A stretch of 64,000 nucleotides of DNA from Bacteroidetes bacterium GWF2_43_63 (GTDB lineage Bacteria > Bacteroidota > Bacteroidia > Bacteroidales > DTU049), in NCBI GenBank assembly GCA_001769275.1, contig MEOQ01000029.1, positions 19,219 through 83,218 of the forward strand, given 5' to 3'. Made by a program: the position numbers and the translations under genes. Shown piece after piece: positions 8,042 to 17,100 of the stretch (the stretch's first letter is position 1; each line of letters starts with the position of its first letter). The notes under the pieces are model-generated. The model saw only the letters and a program-made list of their open reading frames with translations. It searched no databases and was not told where the DNA came from.

Positions 8042-9255
8042 TCAAAAATTGATTTTACTTTGGTGAGCGATTCGAAGAAATAGTCTATTTCTTCAATGGT
8101 ATTGTAAATTGCGAACGAAATTCGCATGGTTCCGGTAATACCGAAATATTTCATGAGTGGTTCAGCACAATGAGTGCCTGTGCGAAGTGCTATCCCCATT
8201 TTATCAAGCAGGGTGCCTGAATCATAGGGATGAACGCCGTTTATCAGAAAAGAAATTACAGCTGATCGCGGAGCATCGGGCGCAAAAACACGGATTCCGT
8301 CCATGGCCCTGAATTTTTTCAATGCATGTTCAGTCAGCAAATGCTCATAATCGCCGGCTTCTTGAATGTCATAAGAACGCAGAAAGCGAATGGCAGCTTG
8401 CAACCCAAGAACCCCAGCTACATTTGGAGTTCCGGCTTCGAATTTATATGGAAGTTCGTTGAAAGTTGTGTTTTCAAAACTTACATTTTTGATCATCTCG
8501 CCGCCGCCCTGATATGGAGGCATTTTGTCCAGCCATTTTTCTTTTCCGTACAAAACGCCAACACCCATCGGGCCATACATTTTGTGAGCTGAGAAAGCAA
8601 GAAAATCACAATCCAGTGTTTGCACGTCTATTGGAGTATGAGCTACAGACTGAGCTGCATCGACAAGGACCGGAATATTTACAGAATGGGCAAATTCAAT
8701 TATTTCACGGATTGGATTGATAATTCCAAGCACATTGCTGATATGAGCAATGCTGATGAGTTTAGTGCGATCATCAGCAAGCGATTTCAAATGTTCAATG
8801 TCGAGGGTTTCGGCTTCAGTAAGTTTTGCTACGCGAAGCTCAAGCCCGTGTAGTTTGCAGGCAAGCTGCCAGGGAACGATGTTGGAGTGATGCTCGAGTG
8901 TGGAAACAATAATATTGTCGCCGGAATTGAACAGCGTAGTAAATGAAGAAGCCACCAGATTTATGCTCTCTGTTGTTCCTTTTGTAAAAATAATTTCAGA
9001 GACCGATGATGCATTAATGAATGCTGCAACTTCTTGTCTGGCTTCTTCAAAAGCAATGGTGGACTGGGTTGACAGATAATGAACTCCGCGGTGGACATTG
9101 CTGTTGAGTTCAGAATAATAAACAGATTCAGCATCAATCACAGACTTGTGTCGTTGATTGGTGGCTGCATTGTCGAAATAGACCAGTGGTTTTCCGTTAA
9201 CGCTGCGTGACAGGATTGGAAACTGTTTGCGAATTTCAGCCGTGTCGTGTTTCAT
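8038..9255 (-). CDS. sufS: cysteine desulfurase SufS (class V aminotransferase)
   Basis: 405 aa. Contains SAHKMYGPMGVGVLYG (PLP lysine region), RTGTHCAEP (catalytic Cys loop) and a YFDNAAT start. Confidence 0.94.
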   Translation of the reverse strand: MKHDTAEIRKQFPILSRSVNGKPLVYFDNAATNQRHKSVIDAESVYYSELNSNVHRGVHYLSTQSTIAFEEARQEVAAFINASSVSEIIFTKGTTESINLVASSFTTLFNSGDNIIVSTLEHHSNIVPWQLACKLHGLELRVAKLTEAETLDIEHLKSLADDRTKLISIAHISNVLGIINPIREIIEFAHSVNIPVLVDAAQSVAHTPIDVQTLDCDFLAFSAHKMYGPMGVGVLYGKEKWLDKMPPYQGGGEMIKNVSFENTTFNELPYKFEAGTPNVAGVLGLQAAIRFLRSYDIQEAGDYEHLLTEHALKKFRAMDGIRVFAPDAPRSAVISFLINGVHPYDSGTLLDKMGIALRTGTHCAEPLMKYFGITGTMRISFAIYNTIEEIDYFFESLTKVKSIFE

Positions 9256-9259
9256 GAAG

Positions 9260-9267
9260 CAAAGATA
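9260..9267 (-). promoter_or_regulatory. -7 box TATCTTTG upstream of sufS (near-leaderless geometry)
   Basis: CAAAGATA on the plus strand. Only 4 nt separate the box from ATG 9255. Confidence 0.45.
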
Positions 9268-9371
9268 AAAATTTTAATCCTGCCGATTGGAAAACAGATT
9301 TTTCGCTTCGCTGATTTATGTCATGTGCCGCAATGTTCAAAAAATTTCTTTACTTTGAAAAAAATTCCGAT

Positions 9372-9842
9372 ATGAAAAAAGTATTTCAGGTTTTATTTGC
9401 AGCATTGCTGCTATGCAGTATTTCGATGGCTGCACATGCTGAAACAACAGGTAAGAAGCCGACTAAGCTGTTGAAAAAGTTTGCAGCGCGCGTCGAATCT
9501 CATGATGTCAAAGGCATTCTTACCTTACTCGATGGTTCATATAAACAGGTTCAGCTAATTGGAACCAATAAAAATGACACCACTAAATTTATCAGTGAAT
9601 TGTTTTGTGGCTACAGTACTGTTGATAATAAGACTTTCATGTGTGTGAAACTCAGCGATATTAAAAAATGTTCATTTATGAAGCTGGGCAAATTCGACAG
9701 TGACACAAAAAGCCCTGCCTATGCATCGGTGAATTACAGGATTGATACTTACGACGGACAGAAAATTAAAATCAATCTCGTTGTGTTGCGTATTACAACA
9801 AGTACTGGTGTGCTTTTTCGTTTGGCGGGAGCTGTCGGCTGA
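9372..9842 (+). CDS. hypothetical secreted protein
   Basis: ATG at 9372 gives the signal peptide MKKVFQVLFAALLLCSISMAAHA. The track ORF begins earlier (9318) without signal logic. No family recognised. Confidence 0.6.
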   Translation: MKKVFQVLFAALLLCSISMAAHAETTGKKPTKLLKKFAARVESHDVKGILTLLDGSYKQVQLIGTNKNDTTKFISELFCGYSTVDNKTFMCVKLSDIKKCSFMKLGKFDSDTKSPAYASVNYRIDTYDGQKIKINLVVLRITTSTGVLFRLAGAVG

Positions 9843-9868
9843 TACAGTGTCATTTAATCCAAAATATT

Positions 9869-10360
9869 ATGAGTGATGTCAGGGAATTAAAGCGGATATA
9901 TCTGGACCATAAAACACGGATATCTGCTGTAGGGCAGAAAATCCCTGTGTTTGCATTTCTGCTCATGTGGATTGCGTTGTTCGGATTAATGGTATATATG
10001 TGCATTACCTCATTCTATCTGGTTTTTCTGATTATGGGGCTCTTCTTTGCATTGTTCGGTTACCTCACATTTCGTTCTGTCAGCAAGATGCGAAAGGTTT
10101 ATGCCGATGAAAACTTCATGTATATTCGCTCCGGAAGTTATGAGGAAAAAATCTCCTTTGAGCAGATTTATGCCGGAAGCAAACCCGTAATCCGCTTTGT
10201 TTCTGCGCTTGAGGCCGTTAAGTTTTATTATAATACAGAAAGCGGAGAGAAAAAGGTTGTGAAGTTTGTTCCGGCTCAGGTCAATCAGATGTACAATCAG
10301 TTTATCGACGCCATTGCCTCCAAAAACATCAGCGTGAAAATCAGGCGCAGTTTTCTTTGA
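9869..10360 (+). CDS. hypothetical membrane protein (two TM helices plus soluble C-terminal domain)
   Basis: 163 aa. A hydrophobic hairpin (IPVFAFLLMWIALFGLMVYM...FYLVFLIMGLFFALFGYL) is followed by a ~90-aa domain. No family recognised. Confidence 0.55.
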   Translation: MSDVRELKRIYLDHKTRISAVGQKIPVFAFLLMWIALFGLMVYMCITSFYLVFLIMGLFFALFGYLTFRSVSKMRKVYADENFMYIRSGSYEEKISFEQIYAGSKPVIRFVSALEAVKFYYNTESGEKKVVKFVPAQVNQMYNQFIDAIASKNISVKIRRSFL

Positions 10361-10449
10361 ACAACCCAAAGTCATTATTTGGAGCGCTTTTGTTGAAATT
10401 TGCACCAATGACCAGGAGATATTTTTTCGCGACTACATGAAAAAAATTT

Positions 10450-10457
10450 TACTTTTG
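10450..10457 (+). promoter_or_regulatory. -7 box TACTTTTG
   Basis: 17 nt upstream of ATG 10475. Confidence 0.5.
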
Positions 10458-10474
10458 CACAAAATCAATGGTTC

Positions 10475-11005
10475 ATGAAAGACAATAAGACTCTCTCCCG
10501 TATTTTTCTGGTAATAGCCATTATGGCTCTGTTCGCGTTTCTGCGTATTTTTATCGAACTGCCGAATATATCACCGGTTGCAGCTATAGCTCTTTTCGGA
10601 GGTACATTTATTAGCCGCAAAGGCCTGGCTGTGGTTTTGCCGCTGGCCATTCTTTTCGCCAGTGATGCTATTCTCGGCTTCTACAGCCCATTTCTCATGG
10701 CTTTTGTTTATGGATCGTTTGCATTGATCGCAGTTGTTGGCCTCTGGCTTCGCAATCACATGAAATTCCACAATGTAATGCTGGCATCCATTGCCTCATC
10801 AGTGTTATTCTTTATTGTATCCAATCTGGGTGTTTGGGCTGAAGGAATCTGGTATCCAATGAACGTGACCGGTCTTACTGAATGTTTTGCCATGGCCATT
10901 CCATTCTTCCGTTATGAACTGGCCGGAACACTTGGCTTCACCCTTGTTTTCTTCGGCATGTATCAGTTTGCCACATCACGCATCAGCGCTTTCAAAGCTG
11001 CATAA
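10475..11005 (+). CDS. integral membrane protein (5-6 TM), function unknown
   Basis: 176 aa, hydrophobic throughout. Has its own -7 box (10450-10457) and terminator (11023-11053). Confidence 0.65.
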   Translation: MKDNKTLSRIFLVIAIMALFAFLRIFIELPNISPVAAIALFGGTFISRKGLAVVLPLAILFASDAILGFYSPFLMAFVYGSFALIAVVGLWLRNHMKFHNVMLASIASSVLFFIVSNLGVWAEGIWYPMNVTGLTECFAMAIPFFRYELAGTLGFTLVFFGMYQFATSRISAFKAA

Positions 11006-11022
11006 GCAATTTTAATATTTCC

Positions 11023-11053
11023 GAAACAGCATCTTCATCGGTGCTGTTTTTTT
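11023..11053 (+). terminator. intrinsic terminator after the 10475..11005 gene
   Basis: AAACAGCATC-TTCATC-GGTGCTGTTT forms a 10-bp stem followed by a T-run extending to 11053. Confidence 0.8.
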
Positions 11054-11180
11054 TGTTTTATCATTATTGTTTCCGATAACGAAATTAAATATAATGTTAA
11101 TATTTTCTTTAGCGGTCTGACTTATCATAACTCTGCGTAAATTGTCGGGTCAAATTCACTTGTACACAAATTCCTTCAAA

Positions 11181-14100
11181 ATGAAGAAATTCTTCCTGTT
11201 TTTATCGGTAAGCTTCACTATTTATGCTCTTCAAGGGCAGATTGTTGTAAACACTACTCCAACTGCGCAGCAATTGGCTGAATTACTTGCAGGCAGCAAT
11301 CTCGTTGTAAGTAATGCCTCACTGACCGGCGCTGCGTCGGCGCATGGCAGTTTCAGTAATGGCGGATCGCAGGTTGGAATGACATCGGGGGTGCTTTTAT
11401 CCACAGGAAATGTAACAACCGCGCCGGGGCCGAATACCGTGGGAAACACATCCAATGAACTTGGTACTGCTGGAACAACTCAAATGACAGCCCTGGCGGG
11501 AGCTACAACCTATGACGCGATTACGCTTGAATTTGATTTTAATGTGCAGTCCGACTTCATACAGTTCAATTACATTTTTGCTTCGGAAGAATATCCGGAA
11601 TATGCACCACCCGTAAGCTCCAGCTATAACGATGTTTTTGCTTTCTTCATTTCAGGCCCGGGCATCACTGGCGAAGAAAATATTGCACTTATTCCTAATA
11701 CTTCAACGGCTGTTGCTATCAATAATATCAACGCCATCACAAACACGCAGTATTATGTGGATAATGCCGGCGGAACAGATGTTTCGTTTGATGCATTCAC
11801 TACCATGCTTACCGCACGCCGGGATGGTCTGACGCCTTGTTCAACCTATCACCTAAAGCTGGTGATTGCCGATGCAGGTGACCGAAAGTACAATTCAGCT
11901 GTATTGCTGCAGGAAAATAGTCTGGTGCAGGGTGTTGTCGAAGTAAACACTGAAACCATAAATGCTGACTCAATAGCGCTGGAAGGCTGTATTGAAGCCA
12001 GTTTTTCCTTTTCGCTCGATCAGGTTTCTGCAACGGATAAAACCATTAATTTTCAGATTGCAGGTACGGCAACAAACGGGGTTGATTATTCGCCCATCGC
12101 GTCAAGTCTCACTATTCCTGCCGGTCAAACACAGGCATCGGTTTTCATTCATGCCATCTCCGACGGAATTCCCGAAGGGCAGGAATCCATTCTCATCATC
12201 TATAAGCCTGAAGTGTGTTCTGATTGGGACACTGCGTATCTGTTCATCGACGATGCCCAACCGATTATTTATTCATTGGCTGGTACGAATTTGGATTGTT
12301 ATGGCGACCATTCAGGCGAGATTCTCATCAATTCCAGTGGTGGATTTCCGCCATACACCTATCATCTCACAAACCCTTTTGGACAGATAAATCAATATAC
12401 TGCAAATCCAGTAACAGGGCTTGAGGCCGGTCAGTATAAGGTCTACGTATATGACTCCTACGGCTGCAAAGCTGAAGCTTTGGTGATAGGCGGATTATTC
12501 AATGCAGGCACTACTTTTCTTCCGGACGGATCGGGAGTCACCTATTCATCCACTCTTAATATTACCGGTTTTAATACCGGCGCTACACTTACATCGCTGA
12601 GCATGTTGCAAAATATCTGTCTGAACATGGAGCACAGTTATCTTGGAGATTTATTAATCACCATGCAGGCTCCCGGAGGACAATCTGTACAATTAAGCAG
12701 TGGTGGTGGTGGCTCTTGTGATTTAGGAGAACCAATCGCAACCGGGCCAATTGATGGATCAGCAAGCAGTTATCTGACGGATCCAGGTATAGGTTATGAT
12801 TATTGTTTCAACGTTTCCCCAATGTATGGAACCATGGTGTCTGAAAGCAATAATTTTACAAGAAATTACACCGATGCTCAGGGACATAATTATACTGACA
12901 ATTATTTGCCTGCCGGCAGTTATACACCTGAACAAAGCCTGAGTAATCTTATTGGAACCCCGCTAAACGGCACCTGGACTGTTTTTGTAACTGATCAGAT
13001 GGGACTTGATAATGGTTATATTTTCAATTGGACCATCAGTTTTGTTAGTGATTTGCCCGATACAATTGTTATTCTTTCTCAACCAGACTCTATAGGAATC
13101 AGCAGTTTTATAACCAATGCCACTTGTGGTGCTGCCAACGGTTCAATCAACATTTCTGCCAATGGTGACTTTTCGCCATATACCTATTTATGGAACACAG
13201 GTGCTATAACCGAAGACCTCAGTGCAGTGACTGCCGGAGCATATTCTGTAACTGTTACTGATACGCACAACTGCCATGACTCGGCATTTTTTGCAGTAAG
13301 TAATACCAGTTCATTGTCGCTTACATCGGTTGTTTCACCGGTTCTTTGCACCGGTGGAAATAACGGTTCTATTAATATTTCTGTGTTTGGGGGTATTCCA
13401 ACCTATAGTTACAACTGGAGTAACGGAGCCACTTCGGAAGACGTTGTAAATCTTGCTGCCGGTAGTTATTCTGTGACAATTACCGATGCAATCGGTTGCC
13501 AGATTATTCGCCTTTTTCAGGTTACCACAATGCCACCTGTACAGATTACACTGATTAATCAGCAAAGTGAAATGTGTTCGTTGGGCAATGGTTTAATTAA
13601 TATAAGTGCATCGGGTGGAAGCGGCTCTTATGGCTATTTGTGGAACAATGGTTCTAACGGATCATCTATCTCTGCATTGCATACTGGAACCTATTCAGTC
13701 ACTGTAACAGACGCCTATGGATGCTCAGCCACCAATTCATGGTTTATTCCTAACGATGTTTCGAACTGCGCAGCTTACTGTTATCTAACTGTAACAGAGA
13801 ATTCCGTAATCGACGATCAGTGTGGTCAGTCGGTTGGCAGCATTGATGTTTCGATTAACGATGCGGTACAGCCCTATCTTGTTCAATGGTCAAACGGGGC
13901 TTCGACTGAAGATCTTTCTGGTCTGACACAGGGAAATTATTCAATTACAGTTACCGATGCCAATCAATGTGTGGCTTCTATTGCAGTAAATGTTGGCAAC
14001 AACACTGGTTCACTGGCAGCATCAGTAAATACTATTCAGAACGAAACCTGCGGCAGCAGTAACGGTTCTGTTGATATTTCGGTTTCAGGCGGCGCACTGC

Positions 14101-17100
14101 CTTACTCTTTTGTTTGGAGCAATGGTACATTGACAGAAGACCTATCTGGCATTTCGGCTGGTAATTATTCCCTGACAATTACTGATGCAAACCTGTGTCA
14201 GGTAGTGAAAACATATAATGTTTTGAATGATGTCGGCACACTTCAGGTCACTGCTGCGCTGACTCATGAATCCTGCGGAGCAGTGAATGGAGCCATAAAT
14301 CAAACTGTTACGGGCGGCTTTGGAACCAGCACCTATACATGGTCCAACAGTTCTGCAATGCAGGATATAACTGGTCTTTCAGCTGGTACTTATTCATGTA
14401 CAATCACCGATGCAGGAGGTTGTTCCATGCAGCGGGTTTATAATATCATTAATCTTGCGGGACCGCTAGCAATCACAAACACTACTGTTACAAATGAACA
14501 ATGCGGAAATTCGCAGGGCGCTATAAATCTAACGGTCTCTGGTACCGGATTGACATATCTATGGAACACCAATGCTACAACTGAGGACCTAAGCGGGCTT
14601 CAGGCAGGCACGTACATCTGCACAATCACAAATTCGAGCGGATGTACTTTAGTTTCAAATTCCATCCATGTTTTTGACGCTCCCGGAACAATTGAAGTAA
14701 GCACCCAGACTATAGTTCACGAAGTATGCGGAAATGGAAACGGTTCAATCAATGTAAATGTAAGTGGCGGTACAGGCCCCATGACCTATCTCTGGTCCAA
14801 TGGTTCCACATCGCAGGATATTTACTTGCTTCATGCATCAAACTACACGATCACTGCTACAGACAGCATCGGATGCGCTTTTGTATATTCTGAATCAGTC
14901 GACAATATTCAGGGAACAATTGCACTGCAGAGTGTTGTAATCACAGATGAAACCTGCGGAAATACAAATGGAGCTATCAATATTTCCATTAGTGGTGGTA
15001 CAACACCATACGCATATTTATGGAGTAATAATGCTACATCGCAGGATTTGAGCGGTATTTCGGCAGGTACTTATTCTGTCACCGTTCATGATGTTAACGG
15101 TTGCGAATTGTTATATCAGGAGACGGTCAGCAACATTGCAAACAGTATGACAGCAGTATGGCAAGTTACCAACGAGATTTGTACCAACGCTTCAGGTGCG
15201 GTTGATCTCACTGTTTCCGGAGGCACCGTTCCTTATACATTTTTGTGGAGTAATTCTTCAACTACTGAGGATTTATCAGCTTTGGCCGCAGGGAACTATT
15301 CATGCACGGTAACGGACAACGCTGGTTGTAAAATTCATACAGGTCCCATTGCTGTTAATAATTTTTCGGCAGGCATGACAGCAACCTCTGTAGTTACTGA
15401 TGAGACCTGCAACCAGTCCAATGGTGCGATTGACATAACTGTTAGCGGCGGAGTTTCTCCTTTTATCTACATCTGGAGCAATGCTGCTGCAACGCAGGAT
15501 TTAAGCGGTCTTTCAGGTGGCACCTATTCATTCACTGTAACGGACATTAACGGTTGTTCGGTGAGCGGAAATGCAATAGTGGATTCAACGTCCGGCAATA
15601 TGGCTCTGAGTGCGGTTATTACTGACGAGACCTGCAACAGTAATACCGGAGCAGTTAATCTTTCAGTGAATGGCGGCGTTTCTCCATACTCATTTTTATG
15701 GAGCAATGCACAATCAAGTGAGGATTTGAGTGGTCTAACAGCGGGTCAATACACATGTACGGTGACAGATAATACCGGCTGTATGTTGGTAAGTCAACCG
15801 TTCACTGTGGCTGATAATCCCGGAACACTTGGCATTACAGGCATTGCAGTGACAAATGAAATCTGCAATCATAATAATGGTCGCATTAATCTGACTGTAG
15901 TAGGTGGAACAACTCCTTATACTTTTAATTGGAGCAACGGAATTCACACAGAAGACCTGAACAATCTCACCGCTGGTTTGTATTCTGTTACAGTAATAGA
16001 TGCTTCTGGATGCAGTGCGGTTTCACAGGCCGTTGTTTATGACGATAACGGATCCTTCGGAATTACGGCATCTGCAATTACTGATGAACATTGTAATGAT
16101 CAGACCGGGGCCATCGATATTTCAGTGAGTGGTGGAACAATTCCATATACCTACCTGTGGAGCAACAGCGCATCAACACAGGATATTTCGGCCATCAGCG
16201 AAGGAAATTATCAGGTGTATGTCACCGATGCGTCGGGTTGTTCCGATAATCAGAATTTCATCGTACTGAATCAAGGTTCTGACCTTGCGCTAACCAATGC
16301 AATCATTACTCAGACTATTTGTAATGCAAGTAATGGTAGAATTGATATTTCTTTTTCGGGAGGAATAGCTCCGTATATGTTCAACTGGAGCAATGGAAGC
16401 CACCTGCAGAATCTGAGCAATGTGAATGCCGGAAATTATTCAGTTACAATAACCGATGCGTTTGGCTGTATGACAACCGGAACATGGACTGTCGGAAATC
16501 AGCCAGGAACGCTCGTTTCTGCAAGTATTTCTGCTGATGAATATTGTGGAAATAGTTCAGGCAGCATTATGGTTAGTACTTCAGGTGGTGCAACTCCTTA
16601 TAATTTCGAATGGAACAATGGCTCCACAGTCGAGGATCTATCAAGTCTTCATGCCGGGAATTACTCATTAACGGTAACCGATTACTTTGGATGTGAAATC
16701 ATTTTGTTTGATACGGTTGTTAATATCACAAGCGGAATCAGCATTGTGCAAGATTCGTTGTTCAATGAAAGCTGCGGCCAGAGTGATGGAGCCGTGTATG
16801 TTACCATTCAGGGTGGAGCAGCGCCATACAGTATCCTGTGGAATACAGGCGCCATTACGGATGATATAGCCGGGCTGAGTGCCGGAAACTATTCGCTTAC
16901 AGTGACAGATGCAACTTCATGTTCGCAGTTAATGAATGTGCAAATCATCAACAATGCTGGAGGAATGGTTTTGTCATATTCAAACACACAGGACGAATTC
17001 TGCGGGCATTCGGATGGTTTTATCGACATTGAGGTTACAGGTGGGTTTGCGCCTTATTCCTATGATTGGTCAAATGGAGATACAACACAGGACATTATTT

